DNA of 64,000 nucleotides from Escherichia coli (GTDB lineage Bacteria > Pseudomonadota > Gammaproteobacteria > Enterobacterales > Enterobacteriaceae). The stretch lies in assembly GCF_003334785.1 (NCBI RefSeq), contig NZ_QOWV01000001.1. One strand, given 5' to 3'. How positions within the stretch are numbered: position 1 is the first letter of the stretch; every line of letters starts with the position of its first letter. This document shows positions 25,391 to 39,968 of this stretch, one piece after another. Made by a program: the position numbers and the translations under genes. Below the pieces are notes generated by a model. That model did no database searches, had not been told where the DNA came from, and was given only the letters and a program-made list of their open reading frames with translations.

Positions 25391-25975
25391 TTATTGCGCT
25401 TTAAAGGCGTGCAATCGGTTCGTTGCTTTGGTCAAGCCATCTGTAAACCACATTTCAGTACAACGCGCCGCTTCGTCAATGGCTTCATCAATTAACTTCT
25501 GTTCACTAACAGGCGGTTTGCCTAACACAAAACCGACAACTTTATTTTTATCGCCCGGATGACCGATTCCGATGCGTAAACGGTGAAAGTTAGGGTTATT
25601 ACCCAATTTACTGATGATGTCTTTCAGTCCATTGTGACCACCATGGCCACCGCCCAATTTAAATTTGGCGACGCCAGGAGGCAGATCCAGTTCGTCGTGG
25701 GCCACCAGAATTTCGTCCGGATTAATGCGGAAAAAACTGGCCATCGCCGCAACGGCTTTGCCGCTGAGATTCATAAATGTAGTCGGGACTAACAGGCGGA
25801 CATCTTCGCCTCCAAGAGTGACTCGCGAAGTATAACCAAAGAATTTAGCCTCTTCGCGCAGCGGAGCGCGCAAACGCTCTGCCAGTAAGTCAACGAACCA
25901 GGCACCAGCATTATGTCGCGTTGCGGCGTATTCAGCACCGGGGTTCGCCAGGCCGACAATCAATTTAATCGTCAC
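25391..25975 (-). CDS. pth: Peptidyl-tRNA hydrolase
   Basis: 194 aa starting [13 protein letters not shown]. Confidence 0.9.
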
Positions 25976-26252
25976 GTTTTTTTGTCCTGAGTGTGTACAT
26001 AACTGGCGCGTAGTTTACTGGTTGCGGCCCCGCTTGACAAAAAACTGCGTATCAAATGCAGATAACGTAATAATTGCCTGAGTGGACTATTAGAAAGTCA
26101 AGGTGTTCAGGCGTTTATTTGTAAAGTTTTGTTGAAATAAGGGTTGTAATTGTGATCACGCCCGCACATAACCCACTGGGTGTTGTCTATACTTTACACA
26201 TAAGGAAGAGGGGTATTCCCTGTTACAACCCAGAAAGTTCCGGAGGTGACAT

Positions 26253-26531
26253 ATGAAACGCAAAAACGCTTCGTTACTCGGTAACGTGCTCATGGGGTTG
26301 GGTCTGGTGGTAATGGTGGTCGGCGTGGGGTATTCAATCCTCAACCAGTTACCACAGTTTAATATGCCCCAGTATTTCGCACATGGTGCAGTGCTAAGTA
26401 TTTTCGTCGGTGCCATTCTCTGGCTGGCGGGTGCCCGTGTTGGCGGGCATGAACAGGTGTGCGACCGTTACTGGTGGGTTCGCCACTATGACAAACGTTG
26501 CCGCCGTAGCGATAATCGCCGTCATAGCTAA
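26253..26531 (+). CDS. ychH: Small membrane protein YchH
   Basis: 92-aa ORF with two hydrophobic segments; K-12 synteny. Confidence 0.7.
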   Translation: MKRKNASLLGNVLMGLGLVVMVVGVGYSILNQLPQFNMPQYFAHGAVLSIFVGAILWLAGARVGGHEQVCDRYWWVRHYDKRCRRSDNRRHS

Positions 26532-26544
26532 CAAATAATGCAGT

Positions 26545-26576
26545 TTGCTGACCAGTCAGTTTGCGCTGACTGGTCA
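26545..26576. terminator. Palindrome between the convergent ychH and dauA genes (likely bidirectional terminator)
   Basis: ctgaccagtcag-tttgcg-ctgactggtcaa: 12-bp stem with one mismatch. Confidence 0.45.
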
Positions 26577-26585
26577 ATCTCGTAC

Positions 26586-28265
26586 TTATAAATCCGCCAT
26601 CGCCGCGCGACGATTCGGGAAGAACGCCAGGCGTCCCGGGATCGGTTGAATGCCAGCGCGAGCCATAGTGCGCAGTGGCTGGAATTCCACGTTGCACACG
26701 CGCAGTTCACATCCCTCGGGCAGACGCTTCACAAAACGCTGGAACGCATCAAGACCACCAGCATCAAGTACCGGAACGGCATCCCACTTCAGAATCACAA
26801 TCCGTTTGCCTTCAAGACGTGACTCCAGGTCCGTGAATAAGCCTTCAGCAGCAGCAAAAAACAGCGGGCCAATAACGCGCAGAACCAGGACATCGTCTGG
26901 AACATCTACGACTACCGGTGCCAGGCGAGTCATACGTGCGATACGACGCATAAACAGCAGCGATGCCAGCACGATCCCCACGCTGATGGCAATAACCATA
27001 TCAAACAACACGGTCAGCGACATGCACAGCAGCATGACGATGATGTCATCTTTCGGCGCATGACGCAGCAAGTCGACCACTTTGTGCGCTTCACTCATGT
27101 TCCACGCCACCATCAACAGCAGGGCTGCCATGGCGGAAAGCGGCAGCCAGGAGAGCAGCGGTGCCAGTACCAGCAGGGCAAGAATAACCAGAATAGAGTG
27201 GATCACCGCCGAGATAGGGGACGTTGCCCCGGCACGGACGTTAGCGGCAGAACGCGCGATGGCAGCTGTAGCGGTAATACCACCAAAGAACGGAGCGATA
27301 ATATTCCCCAGTCCCTGTCCAACCAGTTCGCTGTTCGCCTTGTGTTTCGTCCCGGTCATACCATCCAGCACCACGGCGCAGAGCAGAGATTCGATTGCGC
27401 CGAGCATTGCCATTGAGAATGCCGCAGGCAGCAGTGTGCGAATAGAATCCCAGGTTAGCGTGAATTCTGAATTAGGCAGATCCCACGGCAGCACCAGTTG
27501 CGGCAGCAGTTGCGGAATACCGTTACCCTGAGAACCATCGGCCAGGACGTAGTGGAATTGCGAACCGATGGTAGCAACATGTCCGCCGAGCAGGTTAACA
27601 ATCCCCATCACCGCGCAACCAGCCAGCAAGGCCGGAAGGTGACCGGGTAAACGAATGCCCAGACGCGGCCAAAAAACAAGAATACCTAGCGTCACAATGC
27701 CAATGGCAGCATCACCCACATTAATGGTCGGCAGCGCCATAAATAATGCGCCGACTTTTTGTAGATAATGTTCCGGGACATGGGCCATTTGCAGACCGAG
27801 AAAATCTTTAATCTGCATGGTACCGATGGTGATCCCGATACCCGAGGTGAAACCTAAGGTGACGGAAACCGGAATATACTCAATCAGGCGACCAAAGCGT
27901 GCCAGACCCATCAGAATCAAAAAGATCCCCGACAGCAAGGTCGCAACCAGCAGTCCTGCCAGTCCAAACTGTTGCGACACGGGATAGAGAATTACCACAA
28001 ATGCCGCAGTCGGACCGGAAACGCTAAAGCGTGACCCACCCGTCAGAGCAATGACAATCCCCGCAACAGCTGCGGTATATAAACCGTACTGGGGTGCCAC
28101 ACCACTACCAATAGCCAACGCCATCGCCAGCGGGATAGCAATAATCCCGACGGTTATCCCGGCAATCAGGTCACGGGTAAACCGTGCGGCAGTATATTTT
28201 TCTTTCCAGCAAGCGTCGATCAGAGCGCGGAAAGGCATCACATGTGAGGAAAATATTTTGTTCAC
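26586..28265 (-). CDS. dauA: SulP-family C4-dicarboxylate transporter with C-terminal STAS domain
   Basis: 559-aa polytopic ORF; K-12 synteny (formerly ychM). Confidence 0.85.
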
Positions 28266-28389
28266 AATAATGTTTCATCCGTGAGCGCATCATCTGTCAA
28301 CTAAATGGCAGGTGAAGGAGGCATAGGTCATACAAATGGATATTACAGACAAAAAAACCCGCCGCAGCGGGTCTTTGAGCCGGGTTCGA

Positions 28390-29463
<1,074 letters not shown>

Positions 29464-29487
29464 TCACCGAAACTCAGCTTGCCCGGC

Positions 29488-30338
29488 TTAAAGCATGGCT
29501 CTGTGCAATGGGGAAAGATTAGCGCCTTTCGCCACAAAGCCATTGAGCCATTCCGGGGCTTGCTCTAGCACCTGGCGGGCTTCAGACTCTGTATCAAATT
29601 CAGCAAAGACACAGGCCCCTGTCCCAGTCAGGCGCGACGGGGCGTATTCTAACAGCCAGGAAAGCACCGCATCAACCTCGCGAAAACGTTTTCTTGCGAT
29701 AACCTCGCAATCATTGCTGAATTCACATTTTAGCAACGTTTCTATTGACCTTTTTGGCGTATTGCGCGGGAGTTCAGGATCTTTAAAAATCACCGGAGTC
29801 GGAATACTTACACCAGGGTGCGCCACCAGATACCACTTCTCTGGCGGATCCACCGGCGTTAGTATTTCACCAACGCCTTCGGCAAACGCGGCATGCCCCC
29901 GAACAAAGACAGGAACATCTGCGCCCAGCGTCAGCCCCATTTCCGCCAGCTCATCCATGCTTAGCCCGCATTGCCAGAGATGATTTAATGCCACCAGGAC
30001 CGTCGCGGCATTGGATGAACCACCGCCGAGACCGCCGCCCATCGGCAAACGCTTGTCAATGCTGATATTCGCACCGCTTCCCGTCGGAAGACGCCCGCTG
30101 TCTGCCGCAGTTTTCATCAACAATCGCGCTGCGCGAACGATCAGGTTATCTTCATGTTCCACGCCTTCAACGGGCGTTAACAGACGAATATCCCCATCGT
30201 CACGAAGCTCAATGCTGATGGTGTCGCCGTAATCAAGAAACTGAAACAGCGTTTGCAGCGTGTGGTAACCATCCGCACGCTGACCGGTAATGTATAAAAA
30301 CAGATTAAGTTTTGCCGGAGAGGGCCACTGTGTCCGCA

Positions 30339-30339
<1 letters not shown>
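29488..30339 (-). CDS. ispE: 4-diphosphocytidyl-2-C-methyl-D-erythritol kinase
   Basis: 283-aa GHMP-kinase ORF ([14 protein letters not shown]). Confidence 0.9.
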
Positions 30340-31031
<692 letters not shown>

Positions 31032-31175
31032 CTATGTTCAAGTTGTCTTAATTGCCAGAATCTAACGGCTTTCGGCAATTACTCCAAAAGGGGGCGCTCT
31101 CTTTTATTGATCTTACGCATCCTGTATGATGCAAGCAGACTAACCCTATCAACGTTGGTATTATTTCCCGCAGAC

Positions 31176-32432
31176 ATGACCCTTTTAGCACTCGGTATCA
31201 ACCATAAAACGGCACCTGTATCGCTGCGAGAACGTGTATCGTTTTCGCCGGATAAGCTCGATCAGGCGCTTGACAGCCTGCTTGCGCAGCCGATGGTGCA
31301 GGGCGGCGTGGTGCTGTCGACGTGCAACCGCACGGAACTTTATCTTAGCGTTGAAGAGCAGGACAACCTGCAAGAGGCGTTAATCCGCTGGCTTTGCGAT
31401 TATCACAATCTTAATGAAGAAGATCTGCGTAAAAGCCTCTACTGGCATCAGGATAACGACGCGGTTAGCCATTTAATGCGTGTTGCCAGCGGCCTGGATT
31501 CACTGGTTCTGGGGGAGCCGCAGATCCTCGGTCAGGTTAAAAAAGCGTTTGCCGATTCGCAAAAAGGTCATATGAAGGCCAGCGAACTGGAACGCATGTT
31601 CCAGAAATCTTTCTCTGTCGCGAAACGCGTTCGCACTGAAACAGATATCGGTGCCAGCGCTGTGTCTGTCGCTTTTGCGGCTTGTACGCTGGCGCGGCAG
31701 ATCTTTGAATCGCTCTCTACGGTCACAGTGTTGCTGGTAGGCGCGGGCGAAACTATCGAGCTGGTGGCGCGTCATCTGCGCGAACACAAAGTACAGAAGA
31801 TGATTATCGCCAACCGCACTCGCGAACGTGCCCAAATTCTGGCAGATGAAGTCGGCGCGGAAGTGATTGCCCTGAGTGATATCGACGAACGTCTGCGCGA
31901 AGCCGATATCATCATCAGTTCCACCGCCAGCCCGTTACCGATTATCGGGAAAGGCATGGTGGAGCGCGCATTAAAAAGCCGTCGCAACCAACCAATGCTG
32001 TTGGTGGATATTGCCGTTCCGCGCGATGTTGAGCCGGAAGTTGGCAAACTGGCGAATGCTTATCTTTATAGCGTTGATGATCTGCAAAGCATCATTTCGC
32101 ACAACCTGGCGCAGCGTAAAGCCGCAGCGGTTGAGGCGGAAACTATTGTCGCTCAGGAAACCAGCGAATTTATGGCGTGGCTGCGAGCACAAAGCGCCAG
32201 CGAAACCATTCGCGAGTATCGCAGCCAGGCAGAGCAAGTTCGCGATGAGTTAACCGCCAAAGCGTTAGCGGCCCTTGAGCAGGGCGGCGACGCGCAAGCC
32301 ATTATGCAGGATCTGGCATGGAAACTGACTAACCGCTTGATCCATGCGCCAACGAAATCACTTCAACAGGCCGCCCGTGACGGGGATAACGAACGCCTGA
32401 ATATTCTGCGCGACAGCCTCGGGCTGGAGTAG
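31176..32432 (+). CDS. hemA: Glutamyl-tRNA reductase
   Basis: ORF 30978..32432; likely start [19 protein letters not shown] at 31176, 418 aa. Confidence 0.9.
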
Positions 32433-32473
32433 CAGTACATCATTTTCTTTTTTTACAGGGTGCATTTACGCCT

Positions 32474-33556
32474 ATGAAGCCTTCTATCGTTGCCAAACTG
32501 GAAGCCCTGCATGAACGCCATGAAGAAGTTCAGGCGTTGCTGGGTGACGCGCAAACTATCGCCGACCAGGAACGTTTTCGCGCATTATCACGCGAATATG
32601 CGCAGTTAAGTGATGTTTCGCGCTGTTTTACCGACTGGCAACAGGTTCAGGAAGATATCGAAACCGCACAGATGATGCTCGATGATCCTGAAATGCGTGA
32701 GATGGCGCAGGATGAACTGCGCGAAGCTAAAGAAAAAAGCGAGCAACTGGAACAGCAATTACAGGTTCTGTTACTGCCAAAAGATCCTGATGACGAACGT
32801 AACGCCTTCCTCGAAGTCCGAGCCGGAACCGGCGGCGACGAAGCGGCGCTGTTCGCGGGCGATCTGTTCCGTATGTACAGCCGTTATGCCGAAGCCCGCC
32901 GCTGGCGGGTAGAAATCATGAGCGCCAGCGAGGGTGAACATGGTGGTTATAAAGAGATCATCGCCAAAATTAGCGGTGATGGTGTGTATGGTCGTCTGAA
33001 ATTTGAATCCGGCGGTCATCGCGTGCAACGTGTTCCTGCTACGGAATCGCAGGGTCGTATTCATACTTCTGCTTGTACCGTTGCGGTAATGCCAGAACTG
33101 CCTGACGCAGAACTGCCGGACATCAACCCAGCAGATTTACGCATTGATACTTTCCGCTCGTCAGGGGCGGGTGGTCAGCACGTTAACACCACCGATTCGG
33201 CAATTCGTATTACTCACTTGCCGACCGGGATTGTTGTTGAATGTCAGGACGAACGTTCACAACATAAAAACAAAGCTAAAGCACTTTCTGTTCTCGGTGC
33301 TCGCATCCACGCTGCTGAAATGGCAAAACGCCAACAGGCCGAAGCGTCTACCCGTCGTAACCTGCTGGGGAGTGGCGATCGCAGCGACCGTAACCGTACT
33401 TACAACTTCCCGCAGGGGCGCGTTACCGATCACCGCATCAACCTGACGCTCTACCGCCTGGATGAAGTGATGGAAGGTAAGCTGGATATGCTGATTGAAC
33501 CGATTATCCAGGAACATCAGGCCGACCAACTGGCGGCGTTGTCCGAGCAGGAATAA
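32474..33556 (+). CDS. prfA: Peptide chain release factor 1
   Basis: 360 aa with the GGQ motif ([14 protein letters not shown]). Confidence 0.9.
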
Positions 33557-34389
33557 TGGAATATCAACACTGGTTACGTGAAGCAATAAGCCAACTTCAG
33601 GCGAGCGAAAGCCCGCGGCGTGATGCTGAAATCCTGCTGGAGCATGTTACCGGCAGAGGGCGTACTTTTATTCTCGCCTTTGGTGAAACGCAGCTGACTG
33701 ACGAACAATGTCAGCAACTTGATGCGCTACTGACACGTCGTCGCGATGGTGAACCCATTGCTCATTTAACCGGGGTGCGAGAATTCTGGTCGTTGCCGTT
33801 ATTTGTTTCGCCAGCGACCTTAATTCCGCGCCCGGATACGGAGTGTCTGGTGGAGCAGGCACTGGCGCGGTTGCCTGAACAACCTTGCCGTATTCTCGAT
33901 CTCGGGACGGGTACCGGGGCGATTGCGCTTGCGCTGGCTAGCGAGCGCCCGGACTGCGAAATTATCGCTGTAGATCGTATGCCTGATGCTGTCTCCCTGG
34001 CACAACGTAATGCCCAGCATCTGGCGATCAAAAATATCCACATTCTGCAAAGCGACTGGTTTAGCGCGCTAGCCGGGCAGCAGTTTGCGATGATTGTCAG
34101 CAATCCGCCGTATATTGACGAGCAGGACCCTCATCTTCAACAAGGCGATGTCCGCTTTGAGCCGCTCACTGCGCTGGTTGCGGCAGACAGTGGAATGGCA
34201 GACATCGTGCATATCATCGAACAGTCGCGTAACGCGCTGGTATCCGGCGGCTTTCTGCTTCTGGAACATGGCTGGCAGCAGGGCGAAGCGGTGCGACAAG
34301 CATTTATCCTCGCGGGGTATCATGACGTCGAAACCTGCCGTGACTATGGTGATAACGAGCGCGTAACGCTCGGCCGCTATTATCAATGA
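33556..34389 (+). CDS. prmC: Release-factor glutamine N5-methyltransferase
   Basis: 277 aa; NPPY motif (VSNPPYI) and SAM-binding LDLGTGTG; start overlaps the prfA stop. Confidence 0.85.
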   Translation: MEYQHWLREAISQLQASESPRRDAEILLEHVTGRGRTFILAFGETQLTDEQCQQLDALLTRRRDGEPIAHLTGVREFWSLPLFVSPATLIPRPDTECLVEQALARLPEQPCRILDLGTGTGAIALALASERPDCEIIAVDRMPDAVSLAQRNAQHLAIKNIHILQSDWFSALAGQQFAMIVSNPPYIDEQDPHLQQGDVRFEPLTALVAADSGMADIVHIIEQSRNALVSGGFLLLEHGWQQGEAVRQAFILAGYHDVETCRDYGDNERVTLGRYYQ

Positions 34390-34778
34390 CAAGTTTTTCT
34401 ACACTGCTTAGTGTTCATCTTATTAGTATCGCGCTTTCTGTTGGGCTATTAACCTTACGTTTCTGGCTACGTTATCAGAAGCATCCACAGGCATTTGCTC
34501 GCTGGACGCGCATTGTGCCGCCGGTTGTCGATACGCTGTTACTGTTAAGCGGCATTGCGTTGATGGCTAAAGCGCACATCCTGCCATTTTCCGGGCAGGC
34601 ACAGTGGCTGACTGAAAAGCTGTTTGGAGTTATCATTTATATCGTTTTGGGTTTTATTGCACTCGATTATCGTCGTATGCACAGTCAGCAGGCGCGCATT
34701 ATTGCCTTCCCGCTGGCGTTGGTGGTGCTGTACATCATCATTAAACTCGCCACCACAAAAGTACCGTTACTGGGGTAA
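34386..34778 (+). CDS. ychQ: Inner-membrane protein YchQ (SirB2 family)
   Basis: 130-aa hydrophobic ORF overlapping the prmC stop. Confidence 0.7.
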   Translation: MTSFSTLLSVHLISIALSVGLLTLRFWLRYQKHPQAFARWTRIVPPVVDTLLLLSGIALMAKAHILPFSGQAQWLTEKLFGVIIYIVLGFIALDYRRMHSQQARIIAFPLALVVLYIIIKLATTKVPLLG

Positions 34779-34781
34779 GTC

Positions 34782-35591
34782 ATGAGATCGTTAGCTGATT
34801 TCGAATTTAATAAAGCGCCATTGTGCGAAGGCATGATCCTGGCTTGCGAAGCAATCCGCCGCGATTTTCCCTCGCAAGATGTTTACGACGAACTGGAGCG
34901 TCTCGTTAGTCTGGCGAAGGAAGAAATCAGCCAGCTTCTGCCTTTAGAAGAGCAGTTGGAAAAACTGATCGCGCTGTTTTACGGCGACTGGGGATTTAAA
35001 GCCTCACGCGGTGTTTATCGTCTTTCCGATGCATTATGGCTGGACCAGGTGTTAAAGAATCGACAGGGCAGTGCGGTATCATTAGGTGCGGTTTTATTAT
35101 GGGTCGCGAATCGTCTCGATTTGCCGCTGCTGCCGGTGATTTTCCCTACGCAGCTGATATTGCGCATTGAATGTCCGGATGGCGAAATTTGGCTGATTAA
35201 TCCTTTTAACGGTGAATCGTTAAGCGAACATATGCTGGACGTATGGTTAAAGGGAAATATCAGCCCGTCGGCGGAACTGTTTTATGAAGACCTTGATGAA
35301 GCTGATAACATTGAGGTAATCCGCAAATTGCTGGATACACTCAAAGCCTCGTTGATGGAAGAAAATCAGATGGAGCTGGCGTTACGCACCAGCGAAGCTT
35401 TATTACAATTCAACCCTGAAGATCCCTATGAAATTCGCGATCGCGGGTTGATTTATGCGCAACTGGATTGCGAACACGTTGCGTTGAACGATTTAAGTTA
35501 TTTCGTTGAACAGTGTCCGGAAGACCCGATCAGCGAAATGATCCGTGCGCAAATAAATAACATCGCGCATAAACATATTGTGCTGCATTAA
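34782..35591 (+). CDS. ychA: SirB1-family (transglutaminase-like/TPR) protein YchA
   Basis: 269-aa ORF; K-12 synteny. Confidence 0.75.
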   Translation: MRSLADFEFNKAPLCEGMILACEAIRRDFPSQDVYDELERLVSLAKEEISQLLPLEEQLEKLIALFYGDWGFKASRGVYRLSDALWLDQVLKNRQGSAVSLGAVLLWVANRLDLPLLPVIFPTQLILRIECPDGEIWLINPFNGESLSEHMLDVWLKGNISPSAELFYEDLDEADNIEVIRKLLDTLKASLMEENQMELALRTSEALLQFNPEDPYEIRDRGLIYAQLDCEHVALNDLSYFVEQCPEDPISEMIRAQINNIAHKHIVLH

Positions 35592-35617
35592 TTAATCGAC
35601 ATTTTACTCAAGATTAA

Positions 35618-36481
<864 letters not shown>

Positions 36482-36629
36482 TCTTTTTTGCTTGAAAAAT
36501 AAAGTATTAGCGTTCTGCGTTAAGACTTTTTTCATGGGTGCCGGATACAAAAAAGGCCGCAGGCTGTTACCCCTGCGGCCGGTTTCGGGCGCATATTGCC
36601 ATCACGGCAGCCTGACGCCCGTTTTCACC

Positions 36630-36737
36630 TTACTTCCGGTTACGCCACCAGCTGACAATCGCTGCGGTAATAATTCCCGCCAGGATCGGTGCTGCCAGGT
36701 CGTGCCAGAAAATCATGGCAAACTGCGCGAGCGTCAT
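36630..36737 (-). CDS. ldrA: Type I toxin Ldr, 35 aa (copy 1)
   Basis: Minus-strand translation MTLAQFAMIFWHDLAAPILAGIITAAIVSWWRNRK*; too short for the 60-aa ORF track. Confidence 0.8.
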   Translation of the reverse strand: MTLAQFAMIFWHDLAAPILAGIITAAIVSWWRNRK

Positions 36738-37164
36738 ATAGCCGCCTTGTTGTAATGACAACATTTTGCGGCTATTCTTGAAGTGTCTGGTTTCAAGATT
36801 AGCCCCCGTTCTGTTGTCAGGTTTTACCTCTCAACGTGCGGGGGTTTTCTCTTTCCAGCAACCAATGCCACCAGGGATAAAGCCCCCGCAACATTGCGCC
36901 TCACCGGATAACGCCGGCTTGGTGTGGATACTACGACTCAATTCATCTTCACTTCATCCCTGAAATGTTTGCAATGAAGAGTGCATTCCGGTTTTTCAAC
37001 AGCTGTTACAGTCATTTCATGAGTGCTCTGGATGAGGCTTCCAGCTCGGGTTGCCAATATTTACTTGTGGAAGTGATAAAGACAAAAATGGCCGCAGGCT
37101 GTTACCCCTGCGGCCGGTTTCGGGCGCATATTGCCATCACGGCAGCCTGACGCCCGTTTTCACC

Positions 37165-37272
37165 TTACTTCCGGTTACGCCACCAGCTGACAATCGCTGC
37201 GGTAATAATTCCCGCCAGGATCGGTGCTGCCAGGTCGTGCCAGAAAATCATGGCAAACTGCGCGAGCGTCAT
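37165..37272 (-). CDS. ldrB: Type I toxin Ldr, 35 aa (copy 2)
   Basis: Same coding sequence 535 bp downstream of copy 1. Confidence 0.8.
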   Translation of the reverse strand: MTLAQFAMIFWHDLAAPILAGIITAAIVSWWRNRK

Positions 37273-37699
37273 ATAGCCGCCTTGTTGTAATGACAACATT
37301 TTGCGGCTATTCTTGAAGTGTCTGGTTTCAAGATTAGCCCCCGTTCTGTTGTCAGGTTTTACCTCTCAACGTGCGGGGGTTTTCTCTTTCCAGCAACCAA
37401 TGCCACCAGGGATAAAGCCCCCGCAACATTGCGCCTCACCGGATAATTCCGGCTTGGTGTGGATACTACGTCTCAATTCATCTTCACTTCATCCCTGAAA
37501 TGTTTGCAATAAAGAGTACATTCCGGCTTTTCAACAGCTGTTGCAGTCGTTTCATGAGTGCTCTGGATGATGCTTCCAGCTCGGGTTGCCAATATTTACT
37601 TGTGGAAGAGATAAAGACAAAAATGGCCGCAGGCTGTTACCCCTGCGGCCGGTTTCGGGCGCATATTGCCATCACGGCAGCCTGACGCCCGTTTTCACC

Positions 37700-37807
37700 T
37701 TACTTCCGGTTACGCCACCAGCTGACAATCGCTGCGGTAATAATTCCCGCCAGGATCGGTGCTGCCAGGTCGTGCCAGAAAATCATGGCAAACTGCGCGA
37801 GCGTCAT
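37700..37807 (-). CDS. ldrC: Type I toxin Ldr, 35 aa (copy 3)
   Basis: Same coding sequence 535 bp downstream of copy 2. Confidence 0.8.
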   Translation of the reverse strand: MTLAQFAMIFWHDLAAPILAGIITAAIVSWWRNRK

Positions 37808-38210
37808 ATAGCCGCCTTGTTGTAATGACAACATTTTGCGGCTATTCTTGAAGTGTCTGGTTTCAAGATTAGCCCCCGTTCTGTTGTCAGGTTTTACCTC
37901 TCAACGTGCGGGGGTTTTCTCTTTCCAGCAACCAATGCCACCAGGGATAAAGCCCCGCAACATTGCGCCTCACCGGATAACGCCGGCTTGGTGTGGATAC
38001 TACGTCGCAATTCATCTTCACTTCATCCCTGAAATGTTTGCAATGAAGAGTACATTCCGGCTTTTCAACAGCTGTTGCAGTGGTTTCGTGCAGGGTGTGG
38101 TACAGGCTCGCAATTCTGATTAACGACCTGTCCAGGTAGTATGAAGAAATACAATAAGCAGGAATTTATATTATCTCCCCCGATTACCGTCATCGGAGGA
38201 GATATAACTG

Positions 38211-39311
38211 TCAGGCAAATATCGTCATCAAATAGGCGGCAAACAGTGCCAGATGCGCTGCGCCATTGAGCACGTTAGTACGTCCGGTGGAGAAGGAGAT
38301 ATGGCACAGCACTAAAGAGGCCACCATCACCACCATTTCTGGCGCACCAAGTGCAAACTGCAATTCGTTACCCGTCATAAAGGCAATTAGCGTGACGACA
38401 GGTACGGTAAGCGAAATGGTTGCTAACACTGAACCAAAGAACAGATTCATCGCGCGCTGAACCTGGTTGTTCAACACTGCTTTTAATGCACCTAAACCTT
38501 CCGGCGACAGAATCAACAGTGCCACCAGGAAGCCAGTAAAGGCGACAGGGGCATTCATGCTGTCGAGCAATGTCTCCAGCGAGCTGGCGTTCATTTTGGT
38601 CACCGCAATAACGGCAATCAGATGGATAATCAACCAGATAGCATGCCACAGGCTGCTATGGGCAGACGGTTTACCGTGATGCGGGTCGTCATCATCACTG
38701 TCATCTTCGTGCTCGTAGACAAACAAACTTTGATGCGTTTTGGTCTGGATCAGCAAAAATACGCCATACATTGCCGCAGAAATTAATGCTACCAGTAACG
38801 CCTGACCGGTTGAAAAATTCGCCGCAGGCAGAGCCATTGGAAATACCAGTACGATTATCGCCAGGGGGAACAGCGCAATTAAATACTGCTTGATACCAAA
38901 CAGATTCATATATTGGGTGGCAAACTTACGACCGCCCAACAATAATGAAAAGCCAACCAGCCCACCGGTAACAATCATAATGATTGAATAGAGCGTATCA
39001 CGCATTAGCGTTGGCGCGGCGTCGCCGGTTGCCATTAAAGCTGAAATCAAACTGACTTCAAGAATAACCACTGAAAGGCTAAGAATAAGCGAACCGTAAG
39101 GTTCTCCCAGGCGATGGGCTAATACGTCCGCATGACGGACAACACTAAAGGCGCTACTTAAAATACCAATAAGCGCAAGAAGATTGATGGCAATGACCAC
39201 TGGTAGTGTCTGGCTGCTTCCCCACAGGAACAGCACTACCAGCGCCAGAACCGGGAAAATAAGCGAAGTCTCCTTGTGGCGGGTTTTTACCGCCTCTTGA
39301 GCATTTGACAT
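38211..39311 (-). CDS. chaA: Ca2+(Na+)/H+ antiporter
   Basis: ORF 38211..39398; likely start MSNAQEAVKTRHKE at 39311 (366 aa); polytopic with an acidic loop HEDDSDDDDPHHGK. Confidence 0.85.
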   Translation of the reverse strand: MSNAQEAVKTRHKETSLIFPVLALVVLFLWGSSQTLPVVIAINLLALIGILSSAFSVVRHADVLAHRLGEPYGSLILSLSVVILEVSLISALMATGDAAPTLMRDTLYSIIMIVTGGLVGFSLLLGGRKFATQYMNLFGIKQYLIALFPLAIIVLVFPMALPAANFSTGQALLVALISAAMYGVFLLIQTKTHQSLFVYEHEDDSDDDDPHHGKPSAHSSLWHAIWLIIHLIAVIAVTKMNASSLETLLDSMNAPVAFTGFLVALLILSPEGLGALKAVLNNQVQRAMNLFFGSVLATISLTVPVVTLIAFMTGNELQFALGAPEMVVMVASLVLCHISFSTGRTNVLNGAAHLALFAAYLMTIFA

Positions 39312-39580
39312 TATGGTTATCCCTTTGCAGATGAATTTATCGAAAATGTAAAAAATAGGTAGGAAAAATAACAGAAAGTGTCTGGATATCGGTAACATTT
39401 TACGAATTTTTACCCCGCTGTCGATTTTTTACTCATTGGGGCATAAAAATAAGTATTACGTTTAGACAATGTTTGTTTTAGCGTTTCTTAAGAAGAGTCT
39501 GACCTGAAAATTCTTATGTTTTGGCAAGAGTAGATATTGTTGACCACACTTAATGTTCAACTTTGTAAAAGGAGTCAACG

Positions 39581-39811
39581 ATGCCGTATAAAACGAAAAG
39601 CGATCTGCCGGAAAGCGTAAAGCACGTTCTACCGTCTCATGCCCAGGATATCTATAAAGAAGCGTTCAACAGCGCATGGGATCAATATAAAGATAAAGAA
39701 GATCGGCGTGATGACGCCAGTCGCGAAGAAACCGCGCATAAAGTGGCCTGGGCTGCTGTGAAGCATGAATATGCCAAAGGGGATGATGATAAATGGCATA
39801 AAAAATCGTAA
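39581..39811 (+). CDS. chaB: Cation-transport regulator ChaB
   Basis: 76-aa ORF with RBS aaggag upstream. Confidence 0.8.
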   Translation: MPYKTKSDLPESVKHVLPSHAQDIYKEAFNSAWDQYKDKEDRRDDASREETAHKVAWAAVKHEYAKGDDDKWHKKS

Positions 39812-39968
39812 AACCGGTCGCTTAGTTAAAGCTATTCGTGCGGTGTTGCCTTGCAAGTGGTCCGTGGATTGCATATTGTCCCGTTAGTGGTTTCAAAATG
39901 AGCAGTAAAAATGTCCGGAAGACACCAAAAAGTTGTCGCAGGGAAGTATGCAGTGGCGGAGGTGTAAG

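Larger units (their letters stand above)
36490..38100. repeat. Three tandem ~535-bp long direct repeats (LDR), each carrying an ldr toxin gene and its antisense rdl region
   Basis: Near-identical sequence with period 535 bp (ldr stops at 36630, 37165, 37700); the ORF track shows the same peptides repeated on the plus strand. Confidence 0.85.

Noticed and set aside
36490-38100. Possible CRISPR array (LDR region, and likewise the 178-bp repeats at 54170..54705)
   Set aside because: Repeat units are 535 bp and 178 bp with no short repeat-spacer alternation and no cas genes nearby.
36492-38123. Repeated plus-strand ORFs of 61-95 aa (for example 36492..36755, 37051..37290, 37586..37825)
   Set aside because: They are the same antisense frames of the ldr repeat units translated three times; the real coding sequences are the 35-aa ldr genes on the minus strand.
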